A stretch of DNA of 63,981 nt, counting the filler, from Gonapodya sp. JEL0774 (taxonomy: Eukaryota): NCBI GenBank assembly GCA_027604505.1. It is 4 parts of 4 records of this genome, joined end to end, with 100 filler letters (N's around TTAATTAATTAA, not from the genome) between each part and the next. Parts side by side here need not be neighbours in the genome. Positions count along the whole stretch, not along the records: positions 32,592 to 48,739 come from JADIIX010000282.1; positions 48,840 to 63,981 come from JADIIX010000298.1; 2 more parts are not named here. One strand, given 5' to 3'. Of this stretch, positions 37,437 to 49,294 are shown piece after piece (within the stretch, counting starts at the first letter, position 1; every line of letters begins with the position of its first letter). The notes under the pieces were generated by a model. That model saw only the letters and a program-made list of their open reading frames with translations. It had not been told where the DNA came from and did not search any database. Both the position numbers and the translations under genes were made by a program.

Positions 37437-40400
37437 TTATTGCGTGTCCGCCGATGAAGCCGCAAAGAAGGGGTGCTGGAGGGCGGCTTCTGCAGTTATT
37501 CGCTTGCGGTGGTTAATGAGAAGTAGTTGACCAAGCAAGTTCTGTAATAGGGCTGGGAAGGAGATATCGAAACCCTCATCTGAATCAGAACAATGGAGCT
37601 TGCAACAGAGTACACTCACTCCCCGGTTGTCCGATCCCAGTTCCCGGATATGACCCTGCGCTACTGGGGTCAATCTTGGCCACTATCTTATCATGATCCG
37701 CAGGAAGTCGAGAGTGAGTCATCGTGAAGAGAATCATCCCCAGCGCCCATACATCAGCTTCCTTGCCGGAGAATCCCCTGGCTCCAATGTCTCGGAACTT
37801 TTCTACTTGTTTCATTTCTGGTGGGTTGAGATGTAATGTGCCGTAGTGCGTGATGCATTTCGCGCTGGCATTGCGTGAGAATCCGAAATCGATCAATTTG
37901 GGGACCAGATTTGCGTCTACGAGAACTTTGAGAACAAAAGCTCGAAAATGTGGTTTTCACTTTTTGTGGTACCGAGATGACAGTTTCACTCACTATTTTC
38001 TTCTTTGAGATCGACGTGAGAGATATTTGCGTTGTGGAGTGTGGCGACACCGGAAGTGATATGAAAAAACAACGTGCGAATTTCGGTTTCTCGAAGGGGA
38101 GTGTTATGCCGATAAGAAGTCAAGTCTGAAATCGGCAAAGCATCGTCGTTGCTGAATATGCCAGAGATTACGACTTGAATGCAACAGACAGGACTCACAA
38201 TAGAATAATGTTCCGGTGTTCATTGTATCCAGCATCAAGTTCCACGTGGTTCCTTGCCCTCGGACTTTCAACATTTCTACTGTCCGCGTTCTCTGCACCC
38301 ATTGGTGGGCGCATCGCTCCATCACTGCATAATGGGCGATGGAGTCGTCCCAAGCCTCCAAAAACTTCACAATGTTGGGGTGTTGTGGAAGCTGTTTGAG
38401 CACGCCAATTTCCTTGTCCCTCACCCCATGGAGTTTGTAGATGATCTTCACCGCGACTTCCATACCGTCCGCGTACCGGGTGGCACCAATCACTGCCCCG
38501 TAGGAGCCATGACCGAGAACCTCGGCAATGTTGTAGTTCTCAATTAGTGGGCCTCCCTTCCTTAACGCCTTCTTTATGAATTTAAGAGCTTGTTCCTCAT
38601 TTTCATTGTCCGAATCTTTGCTTTTGCTGGCCTCACTGGTTTCAGTGTCGTTGAATCCGCCCATATCCATTTCTGTACTACTCGTTGGGCTTGCAGCATC
38701 ACTTTCCGACGAGCAACTTCCCGATATATAACCCAACCACTCATTCTTGACTGGCAACCGAGTTCCCTTCCCCTTTCCCTTGCCAAAACCAACATGCTTC
38801 TGTTCCGACAAGGAGTACGTCACACCCACCTCACCCAAACGATATCCTGCTTTGCTGAGCTCTGACTCTCTTTCAAACCCATCATCATTTGAGGATGATG
38901 GGTAGCCAGATGCTGTCTCCATAACTCCCTTTCCCAGTGCACTGGCCGCTAATGATTTACCGCATCCATTCACTTCACTCATTCTCACACCCACCACATT
39001 CCAGTCGTATCCCGCTTTGCTGACCTCCAATTCTGTCTCTGTTTCAAACTCAGCACTTTCTGATGAAGATGGAAGGCCAGAACCTGTTGCCATTCGTCCC
39101 TTTCCCAGTCCGCTGCCCGTGATGCCTGTGTCAGTTTCAAAGTACCAAGAGACATGATCCGTTCGCCAGTCAGAATCGATGCAGTGTGAGATTGAGCCAT
39201 CGTTTTCTTCTCCGCCTGAGCCCTGGTCGACCTCAAGCAAAGTACAATGAGCAATAATAGGGGAAAAACTGAGATAGAGTCTCACCTCCACTTCGAAGAT
39301 ACCACCCAATGGCTGATCCACTTCATTTGTAACATAATCTGTGCCGATTGCGCTGACTACTATAGGTGCGGATATTGAATAATCAGCTTCAATCGAATGG
39401 CAACACGATTCCACATTCAAGTCTCCTGATCCAGACACGATGGTCGGCAAATCAGTCCGCTCTCCACTAAATGGGTTCATTTCACCCGAGTAATGACTCG
39501 TTGCATTGAGCGATACTTGGCTTACGAAGTCATTGTGTGCAAGTGTTGGGCTGTTGGGTGGTGCTTGTGCATGTCCCTGTCGTAGTCCGGCTGCATTGTC
39601 TGTCTCAAAGTACCACGAGAAGGGGTCATCAAGGTCCCCACCACCAGGCAACTCATTCTCACTATCTAATAGATACCCGGGGTCCTTTGGGGTACCTGCG
39701 CAGCTCCCAACCTTCCAGTAAACTATATGAGTGATCGTTAAAGAAAAAGGTGCATTCCAAAAAATTCCCGTACCTCGAGATGTTGTTCATTCTCAGAGTA
39801 CTCAGCTGCAAGCGCGCTGATAGCAGGTGAAGCTGGTACTGCGGATGACAATATGTCGTCATTCAAGTACTCCAGGAGATATGAGGCCGGTTGCGATTGC
39901 CCAGAAGACCTGGACGCCGTTGAATTGCGGTCATTGTATTTTGGAGAGCAGATTGTTGTTTTTGTGGACGTGATGAAATCGACTGATTGGGCGGTAGCCA
40001 ATGGCCGATTCGGTTGACTAGCATTGCACAAGTTGGTGTCCGGACCCGTGATCGCACTAGAGATTGAGTTCTGTTCGGCGGATGAAGAGCTTTTGGCCGC
40101 ACTAGAGATTGAGTTCTGTTCGGCGGATGAAGAGCTTTTGCCCTCCCCGAGAATAGCGCCATGCTGATCAGCCGGTGTGTCAGCCCCAGCGATAGACAAA
40201 AGCTGAGCTGAGATACTCGAGGAGTTAGACAAGATTGTGCTCGAGGTAGCGATCAGAGCAATAGATTGCAAATCGTTTGTTTTCGTGGTGGGGATCTGAT
40301 TGGAGGGACAAAAATGACACAATATATGGATGCGCCACAGGAAAGAAGGAGCAGTAACCACAGGTTCGCATACTTGAGAAGTTGCCTCTTTTGGTCTCTT

Positions 40401-40484
40401 GGGCAGCCTGAATGGTGTATTGAGTGCGTTGTTGGCTTGCTCAGATCGATCTGAAGTTGGGTTGCGAGGGCGCTTTCTGGTCAA
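37437..40484 (-). CDS. Ser/Thr kinase (CAMK group, PASK/Pim-like) with long disordered N-terminus
   Basis: LGHGSYGAV, VAVKII, HPNIVKF, HVDLKEENIL, IDFGFS, YGTLHLNPPE, DVWALG, RITAEAALQHPFF; upstream ORF 39738-40484 splices in frame. Start uncertain. Confidence 0.85.
40053..40140. repeat. Exact 43-bp duplication with 45-bp period (in frame, KSSSSAEQNSISSA x2)
   Basis: CGCACTAGAGATTGAGTTCTGTTCGGCGGATGAAGAGCTTTTG at 40053 and 40098. Confidence 0.9.
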
Positions 40485-40527
40485 CTGATAAATCGAGTCG
40501 CAGGACGGCCAAAAAGATGAGATTAAA

Positions 40528-42242
40528 TCATCCTAAAATTGCTGTGTGATACTGAAAACCCACTTGCCGATGCCCTGTAACACCATTCATTAATAGATCA
40601 GTAAATTCCAGAGCGTGTTCAAGATTCTGCGCTTGTTGGTCGCCGCTGTCAACGACACTCTTGCGGGCACAAGAGTCGATATCCCGTTTGGAAATAGGGT
40701 GTCGGCGAGACGTGGGTGTCTCTGATCCAAAATGATCTAGTGCCTGGTCGCTGAAACATGTTTTCCCGTGCAAGGCATATTGGTCTTTGACAGATGCATT
40801 CAACCTCGAAGGTTGCAGCTCACCGGTGCAGTAGAGATGCCGAAGTAATGGATAACATTTCCGGTACCTCACGATAATCGGTGGTGGAGTCAACTCCTGA
40901 CCGTGGGTCTGAAACAGCACCACAGAGATTGTCACACAGAGAATAACTAAAAGACGGTGAGCAAAAGTAAATTCACCAGTAACTCCTTTTGCTGCTTGAG
41001 ATGCTGAAAGGAGGGGAGACGCGAAAATTCTGTCGCAAGTGAAAACATTATCAATGGCGTCATCGAACTTGACAAGTGATACATTGATGCTTCAGTGGCT
41101 TCAGACGCACCTGCCAAACTGTGTGATAAAGTCAGCCTTTGCATCCAAGCTATTGAAACCATAAAAGTCGACAACTGTGCGTCTTCCTCGCTTGCCGAGC
41201 CTCAGCATGAAATCCTTTCCGGGAATCATTCCTGGTACAATTATTCTCACAACTTCTACCATTAAGGCAGCTCCAGTATCAGCGAGACACAGGGGTATAA
41301 AGATGTACAGAAAATCTCCAGCGAGGTTGTCCGGTGACGAGCGTTTGGGAAGACCGCACTTTGCGCCTTTTGTTTCGAACGAAATGAATCTTCCACCAGT
41401 TTCCTGTGCCTCCAGGACATAATCATCCAGTCCCAAAAAAGAAGAACAATCTTGAGCAAATTGGCGCTCTTTTGGACAGCATGAGGGTGTAGTTGGGACG
41501 AGAGGCAGATTGAAATTCTGGAGGCCGCTCTAAACAACGATGAAAGATTCGCAATATTAAGGATAAAGTGAAGGACTCTTCAGCATCAAGCACTAACACT
41601 CAAGGGAAATATGAGAACATCGTAACCACGATCCGGTCGGTCGTTCCACATCTTGGCAAACTGCGTCATCGCAGGAAGATGAACCACGGCGGGGAAGGAA
41701 GAACCGCGAACTCGGGCAAACAACCTCCGGTCGTTGAATATATGCTGGAGAGAAGACGTTTCCATCGTAGCAATGGACCTTCGGATTGGCGCCGCACTGA
41801 CGTCTGCTTTCTGGGCAGCTGTCTTCCAAAGGAGGAGGGGCCCCGAGCACCCAGCCCGCCTCACTCAGCTTCCACCGACAAGCGAAATTTGACACATTGT
41901 ATAGGGTGGCACAGAGACACCGAAACAATTTGTCACATTCCGCGCTCAAGTGATTGAGTGCGGCAACGCGACTCTCCTTGTTGTTGAGCAAAAGAATGAT
42001 GGTGGGGTGTACCGAATTTCTCCCGTGGGCATAACTCCATGGGTCAGCGTGGTCCGCATCATCAAACACGCTGTCCGTCTATTCTGCGATTTCGATGGTG
42101 TAAAGGTCACGCTTTGTTTGAATGGGATTGAGAACTTGCTTCGTCGTCGTGCATAACATATTGTAGTTTTGAAACCCCTCGCCCCCCTCCCCCGCACTCC
42201 CCCCGGAGTAACTTCCACACTGTGGAGCACAATGAGCTCCAT
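40528..42242 (-). pseudogene. Unassigned fragmented coding-like region
   Basis: Chain of overlapping short minus-strand ORFs that I could not splice cleanly or assign to a family. Confidence 0.25.
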
Positions 42243-43264
42243 TTTATCGGCTGGAGGCCGGAAACAGTGATATTAACTGGGGAGTGGAATACATAGAATG
42301 CGGACAAACGGGATTCTATTCGACACAGACTCTCTCAAATAATTCAACTAATCTGATAATTCAAAAATCTGAAAATTGACTTACATAACCAAGTAAAGCC
42401 AACAAAATTGGTGTGCACCTCCGTTTATCAGGCAAATTTTACAGCGCTGTGTGCATGTGAAAAAATTCCACACGCTCCAGTCTGCATTGGATGTGAGTCT
42501 TTTCATTGATTTTTAGTTAAATTGAAAGTACCCTTCGAAACTCTGACGTTACACCGATTGTCCCGGCGAGGACGCCAGTTCGCTGACCCTGTTGGGTCGC
42601 TAGAATCTAGGAGCGAACCTCAAAAGAGAGGAACCCCGACTTGACTGAACACACGGTCGCTTCACGCATTCTGCCTATCCTGTACACGAGCAGCCGCCCG
42701 CATGTACACGGTCAGAGTAGCGATGCTGGATGGTGTGTCGGCTCGGCACGTGTCAGGAGCAACCGGAAGAGAACGCGACCATGGAAGGCCCGCCCATAGA
42801 CTCAATCCCTCGATGTCCTCGCCACCTCTGGCGGGTCGCACTCCTCTGCCCGTCACCTCTGCGGGCCAGGAGCATCGCTGTAGACATTTCGGGAAAGAGC
42901 GAAAATTTTGGCGCCTGGAGAGTTTTGTTCAACAAGTGTGGCACAGCAAGCATTTGGTCAAGAGGCACCCGAAAATAGAACGCTCAAAAATCACTTGCAA
43001 GCGCGTTTCTGGGAATATCGATGCGAGCGAGCTTGGAAAATCATATATATTAGACGAACTAGCGATTAGCGGAGATAGAGGGAACACAAAATCTCTCGAT
43101 GGAGGGGAGCTATGATCAAAGTTCAATACAATCAGAATTCCCAGTTATGCAGCTCTATAGTACTTGTGCTGGATGAAGGAGTGTGGCTGCAAATGCTTGG
43201 CTGAAGGGGCAACGGGCCTTCCATTGTAATGCACCACCGAAATTTTGGAACCAAACCGACCTGA

Positions 43265-44750
43265 ATGTCAAACCAAGACATCATTCTAATCTCCGCAGTG
43301 GAATCGGGTGACTTGGCGCGAGTCCGTGGCGCTCTGAAAGCAGGTGCATCCCCCAATGCTCGGAAGGTTGCAAAGTTCAAGTGGAGAGTGTTTTCAAAGA
43401 AAGAGGACCAAGGCGGTGTGGTTTCAGGCGTCGGCAATCCTGATGTAAAAGAGGAAACGCACGCGGTTGAATCGGCGGTTGCATTGTCTATCATTGCTGG
43501 GCGGGCTGATATTGTCAGTCTGTTAGTGCTTGCAGGAGCAGATATTCACCAGCCGGTTGAGTGGAAAATCAGTTCTTCGTCGGACGAAATCTGGGTTGCG
43601 GACAGCTGGACGGACTATCATTGTCTCACTTTCTCATACCCCAACGCCCTTACTCTGGCTATCGGACGCGGTGGCAGGGTCAAATGGGACTGCAAAGCTA
43701 ATCGAACGGACTGGCAACACGCCATGGACAAGGGAGAAGTTCGAATCAACAAAAAGGGTGGCATGGTGCTCGTAGAGGACGCAAAGGTTGATGCGGATGC
43801 CTGCGAGGTCAGGATGTTGATTCCAGCATTGGATGTCGTGTCCCTCCTCCTCTGCCATGGCGCTTCTGTGTCTGATACAGTACTTCGCAGTGCAGAGAAA
43901 CTGGAGGACGCTCGATTTTCTCGTCTTATTGCGCATCATCAGGAACTCTTGGTGAAAGAGACGTTGGCTCAGCACGAAGCGGCCTTGGCGGGAAGACCGC
44001 GAACCCCCGTGATATCGGCCCCTCAACTTTCCATCAGCCCAAACGTGTCACCCTCTCAACCAGAATCGGCCATGAGTCGTCCATCATCAAACCCCGAGCT
44101 CGAAAGCTGGATCACCACTCTCGAATCTCGCATCATGACACTCGAATCCACCAACACCGCCCTGCGCTTGGAGCTGTCTACCACTCAAGCTGACTTATTG
44201 ACTCTACGAAACCATGAATCCGCGCTCGAGGCCCAAGGTGCTGCTACAAAGTTCGAGGTCCTCGCGCTCAAAGCCCTCGTCGCGGACCTATCTCGCGAGG
44301 TCACGTCATTGCGGCACGATTTAAATCCCAGTGGCGCAGGTACTCGAGAAGCCGGATCGGTTTCCGTTGTCGTGGAGAAGGTCATGGTGGTTACTGCACC
44401 GTACGTACCCAAAGCTGCAGATGAGATCGCGCTTGGCTCTGGGAAGAAGGTTTTTGTGAAGAAAACCTACAAGGATGGTTGGGGAGAGGTGAGTAGCCAT
44501 CATCAGTTCATATTCCTCTTTTCGCATTCTAGCCCGATCTCACTTCTTGACCAAATTCGGTTGCTAGGGTTTTGACCTCTCCAGCAGCACAGCGGGATTC
44601 TTTCCTCTCAACCACCTTTCCGAGCCGACAGTGGGGACGACAGGAACGTCTGTGGTATCCACCCCTGTCGCGCCTCGGAGGGGTGTGTCCTCTGCTCCTA
44701 GAAACGACGGTACCGGACCCGTTCCACCTTCTGAAACGGCCACAGTGTAG
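43265..44750 (+). CDS. Ankyrin-like/coiled-coil/SH3 protein
   Basis: Exons 43265-44488 and 44568-44750; LISAVESGDLARVRGALKAGASPN, SAVALSIIAGRADIVSLLVLAGAD, heptad region, SH3 APYVPKAADEIAL...DGWGEGFDLSSSTAGFFPLNHL. Confidence 0.85.
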
Positions 44751-45251
44751 TTGCCGAAATTTTAAATTCGAGCGTGAGATGGCGCATATGGATGAACTCC
44801 GTATCACTCGAAACAGCGAATATTAAATGGTGGAGGTGGTATTCTAGCGCTGACCCATGACCTCAGCGATATGCTGTTAATTTCTGCAAAAATATGACAC
44901 TGTAGAGATTGAATCACAGTTCAGAGTGTCTACGTAGCTGGCGGATTACTGCGTTAAATCCAAACGATCGATGTCGACGACAGTCCAAGAGCTGTTGCAC
45001 AAAAAAATCTTCATTCAGTGTAGCGATGGCTCTATTCGGAGATAGGAACCACACGAAGTTCCAGTACAGTAATGAAAGGAAAAGAAATAACACTATTATC
45101 GCCGTCTATAACCGTGTGTACACGACCAGTACCGCATCTTCAAAACTGGAAACTAGCCAAGCAAAGGTTGCGCTTCACCACTACCACCTGCCACGACTTA
45201 CAAACAAAACGAGATGCAATTCGCCGCTGCGAGTGCGCCTGGACCCCTTGT

Positions 45252-48113
45252 TCAATACTCCATTCCCGAACCCCCATCGTCGCCAAACCCGACCATCTCC
45301 TCCAGCAGTCCCTCCGCCAACAACCCGGCGGGATCGTCCCCGCTTCCCATCATACTGTTCATGTTCATCATGTCCGACATCATTACGCTCATATCAGCGC
45401 CTGGCCGAAGCGATACCATCTTAGCCTCGCCACGACTTGCGCTTCTTACTCCGATGTCCCCCGCGGCCTCACCTCCGTTGCGTCCATCCCCATCTCCCTC
45501 CCCTGAGAACGCCGAAAAGTCGAAAAAAGCGTTCCCATTCACAGGTGGGGGTGTCGGCCGATGGGACAAACCCCCATGAGGGCTTGATCCGGCCATCATC
45601 ATCACTCCAGAGTCCGCCGGACTTGCGTGCATCAGCGGTTGCGCCTGCGGTTGTTGATGTTGCATTCCTGTCGGTGGCCTTGATGGTGGACTTGGCGCAC
45701 CGCTGGTACCCTCAGATCCAGGAGATGTCATGAATCCCATGGGCGACAACTGTCCCATGGGTCCAAACCCCGAACCAACCATCTGAAGACCGTGCATGGC
45801 CCCAAAATGAACTGGCTGTGGTGCTACCAGGACTGTTCCGTGTTGGGGACCATAATGAGAGTATGGTTGCAGATTTTGTCCAATACTCCCGGCAAATTGT
45901 TGGTGCGGCTGTTGCTGGTGCGCGAGCCCCTGTAACTGTACTGCAACATCGGTCGCCCGTTGTTGGGCAGACATTTGCAGTTTCTGGAGATCAATGAGAT
46001 GCTGAAGCTGGTTGAAAAGCATTGCCGGAGTGATTTCCTCCTTCACGGGGCCCGGAGGTTGAGTTTGTTGAGGAGGTGGTGCGGAAGGAGTTGAAGGGTG
46101 AAAGTTCGTTTGCTGCTGCAGTTGATGAGCCTGTTCTTGTTGTGAGGTCTGACGCACGGACGGGTGTCGAGAAGGAGGCCTTGATGGAGCGCTTTGCGGG
46201 ACGACTGGCGTCACCGAGTTTGTTCCAGGCTCCGCCTTCACAGGCAATGCGCTTCCTTCGTTTCCTACAGCTGCCACCGCGACTGCCCGCTCCTTATCCT
46301 TCTCAGCAAGAACCATAATCTGTTGCAGCGTTGTAAACAAGTCTTCGGCGGAGACCGCCACCGGAGAAGCAGGTTGTTGATCTGCTGGTCCGTATCCCGA
46401 AACATGGGGGAATACTGGTATAACATCTCCAGAAAAGCCCGGAGGTCCATACCAACCCGAAAGTCGAGCCATTGTCTCACCAACGACGTCTGAGAGAACA
46501 CTGGTTGCAGGCATGGCAAGCCCCGTTGGGGAGTAAACGGGCACCGCACCCGACCCCATCACCATACCACCAGTGGGGCCGAGTTCGGATTCAGCTCCTG
46601 CAGTTGCACCAGTCGAGCTGCTCGTCGACGATGTCACGCGGATGCTTGCCCGTTTCAAAGGCTGCCGCACCGGACCACCTCCTCCTGTAGTTCCCGGTGC
46701 TGCCCTGCCCCCACCGGTCGAGGTACCACCCGCTGCCCTATTTCCACTTACCCTGTGAGCCGCCTCTGAATACACTATTGCGGAGGGGGCTGACTCAGAC
46801 CTGAACATGTCGACCCCAAAATCATCATCCGCAGTCACTCCAAAACCATAGCCATCAAGATCTCCCCACACTGCGCTCGGTGCGGCAGACGGGTATGAGG
46901 ACACATCTACTGAGTCCCGTCGGGGTCTCTTGCGAATCTGGGCTGAGGTTTGAAGGGGACCATGATTTGCCGCACTGTACCCCGCTGAACCATTTGATTC
47001 TGTGGAGTATGCCATCTGCCCACTACTGCCAGTACCACTCACGCCAGTCGATACACTCCGCAATGGCGTTGCCCGTGGCAATGGCCTCGGGGAAGCACGG
47101 CGGTTGGGTCCTCCACCTGGGACACTCCCCGCATGTATCAATGTGGAACGGGAGCGAACGAGCGCTGGTCCTGTAGTCTGCGGTCGCGAAGGAAACTGTC
47201 CCATGGCCATGATGCTGCCATAGTCCGGAGGAGACCCAACGAGTACTGCACCTAGTGCTCCCGACCCAATCCCTGCGGGCACCGCCACGGGGACGCCATG
47301 TCCTGCACGGGCTTGCATTAGAGCCTGTGCGGGCGTCGCAGCGGCGACAAACAATGCCGGCGTAGTTGTGGGTGTAGCAGGAGGGGTAGTTGGGGAGAGA
47401 GGCGTCGATGGCGGCCGGGAGAGTGGGTGTGCTGAGCCAGGTGATGTTGCGGTTGAAGAACTTGTTGAGGGCAACGCGGGGTTCACCGCCCTTCTGCCCG
47501 CCAGTATCTTGCTGGCATCATCTTCCCCGCTTTTTCGATTCCTTCGTCGAACAACATCGGCCCTCATGCTCCGAGGCCTCATGGTCCCGTGAAGTTTATA
47601 GAAGAGTCCGCAAGCATTGCAAAGCTTGCCAAGTTCTGTTCTTCGCCACAATGGAGTGTTCGTGGTTGAACAGTTGAGACACATTGGTGGGCCAGAGTCA
47701 GGGGGTGTACCGGATCGAACGGGACCGGATGTGTTGGATGGGGAGCCATTCGAGTTGGTGGGGGTTGGAGGCGTGGAGGATGACGACAAACGCAGCCGGG
47801 ACATGGACTCCCGCATCTGGATGCTCAGTCCAGCGTCTTCGATGGCGGCCGTGGCCGCTTCCGGAGACCATGACGTGACTATTCGCGGCGCTTCAGATGC
47901 AAATTCTGTGATATTCTCACGCTCCCGTTCAACCTTGGCGTTCGTTCGGACTTGTTGGTCGATTGCATCCACGTCCACGACATCACCTCCTTCGGTCCCA
48001 TGATTCGGTCTCTCCACAATGACTTCTGAGCCATCAGTATTCGCGGGTGGAGGAGAGACAAGCGACGTAAACTGGGATAACCAATCAGAGTCAGGACTTG
48101 TCGGCTCGAGCAT
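45252..48113 (-). CDS. GATA zinc-finger transcription factor (main exon; small upstream exons possible toward the gap)
   Basis: CLNCSTTNTPLWRRTELGKLCNACGLFYKLHGTMRPRSMRADVVRRRNRK; Q/P/S/G-rich remainder. Confidence 0.9.
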   Translation of the reverse strand: MLEPTSPDSDWLSQFTSLVSPPPANTDGSEVIVERPNHGTEGGDVVDVDAIDQQVRTNAKVERERENITEFASEAPRIVTSWSPEAATAAIEDAGLSIQMRESMSRLRLSSSSTPPTPTNSNGSPSNTSGPVRSGTPPDSGPPMCLNCSTTNTPLWRRTELGKLCNACGLFYKLHGTMRPRSMRADVVRRRNRKSGEDDASKILAGRRAVNPALPSTSSSTATSPGSAHPLSRPPSTPLSPTTPPATPTTTPALFVAAATPAQALMQARAGHGVPVAVPAGIGSGALGAVLVGSPPDYGSIMAMGQFPSRPQTTGPALVRSRSTLIHAGSVPGGGPNRRASPRPLPRATPLRSVSTGVSGTGSSGQMAYSTESNGSAGYSAANHGPLQTSAQIRKRPRRDSVDVSSYPSAAPSAVWGDLDGYGFGVTADDDFGVDMFRSESAPSAIVYSEAAHRVSGNRAAGGTSTGGGRAAPGTTGGGGPVRQPLKRASIRVTSSTSSSTGATAGAESELGPTGGMVMGSGAVPVYSPTGLAMPATSVLSDVVGETMARLSGWYGPPGFSGDVIPVFPHVSGYGPADQQPASPVAVSAEDLFTTLQQIMVLAEKDKERAVAVAAVGNEGSALPVKAEPGTNSVTPVVPQSAPSRPPSRHPSVRQTSQQEQAHQLQQQTNFHPSTPSAPPPQQTQPPGPVKEEITPAMLFNQLQHLIDLQKLQMSAQQRATDVAVQLQGLAHQQQPHQQFAGSIGQNLQPYSHYGPQHGTVLVAPQPVHFGAMHGLQMVGSGFGPMGQLSPMGFMTSPGSEGTSGAPSPPSRPPTGMQHQQPQAQPLMHASPADSGVMMMAGSSPHGGLSHRPTPPPVNGNAFFDFSAFSGEGDGDGRNGGEAAGDIGVRSASRGEAKMVSLRPGADMSVMMSDMMNMNSMMGSGDDPAGLLAEGLLEEMVGFGDDGGSGMEY

Positions 48114-49294
48114 CTGTGAGGTGGAAAGGTGCGGAATTGGTGGGCAATTATGAAGGGAGGGATCTACCCAGGGCGGAAATTGCACAATGCGACACCAATT
48201 TCGATTGGGAATGTCTCCAGTAATAGGTTCCGTCCAAAAAAACCCTCCACTCCAGCGATGAAAATGCCAAAACACTCGGCATGATTGCCCTCGATGGCAG
48301 AAGGCAGGACGCTCTCCCACTCGACCCTCTTGCGATTCCCGGTCAACTCAAAATATCAAGTTAAGGTGGAAGGGGAAATTACTTGTCCAAGCGAGCGTTA
48401 TCGTAACAGATCCGCCAGAGTCTGTGTCCCGATATATGTTCCCCGACTCTGCAATCGCCACTAACTCAAACTCCCAGCATGTCTAAACCTGCCCAAAACG
48501 CCACGTCCAGATAGCCATCAATCATTCGGCTCACTCGCCCTCCGTTCATTCTCACCGAAAAAGCCGCTGCATGGACCAAAACTCACCAAACCCTCCATCC
48601 CATCCACGCTGGCCATCCCGTCCATCAAACCATCCATACCATCCCCATCAACATCCGAGTTAGTCTGTGCAAACGCTTGACCGTCGTGAGTACTGTTGTG
48701 GCCATTTGCCTCGTGTGAGATGGGTGAGTGGGATAGGTTNNNNNNNNNNNNNNNNNNNNNNNNNNNNNNNNNNNNNNNNNNNNTTAATTAATTAANNNNN
48801 NNNNNNNNNNNNNNNNNNNNNNNNNNNNNNNNNNNNNNNGTGGGTGAGGACGGATCCGTCGTCTGGGGAGAGGCCGATGAGGCCTGGAAAGATTGGATTT
48901 TGAATACGATGAAGAAGGCTTTTTCAATTTTCATTTCTGTTGCGGGGGAAGAGACGCGAGTGGACGTCGTGGTTGCGTCGTTGCGAACCTGTGAATACCC
49001 CCACGATCTTCCCGCCGGCATCTTCCACTGCCCGTTTCGCATGTCCGTTCCAATAGTCTGACAAAGCCTGCTGCGATCGTGGCCGGGCGTGAAACGAGCG
49101 GTATTCGTAGAAGGACATGGCGACGTCGGGACAAGTGGAAGCCGTGCCGATCAATCCACTGGAGCAAACACGGGGAGTCTGATTCGTACTGTACGGCCAA
49201 AATCGAACAACGGGAGAGAAAGAATCTCGCGAAATTATGTTCGATTTTTCGAATGGGTACAGTATGTACATGAGATGTCTCACTACCAGAGTCG

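Noticed and set aside
48840..49290. Coding-like fragment after the gap
   Set aside because: Short, stop-interrupted and no recognisable family.
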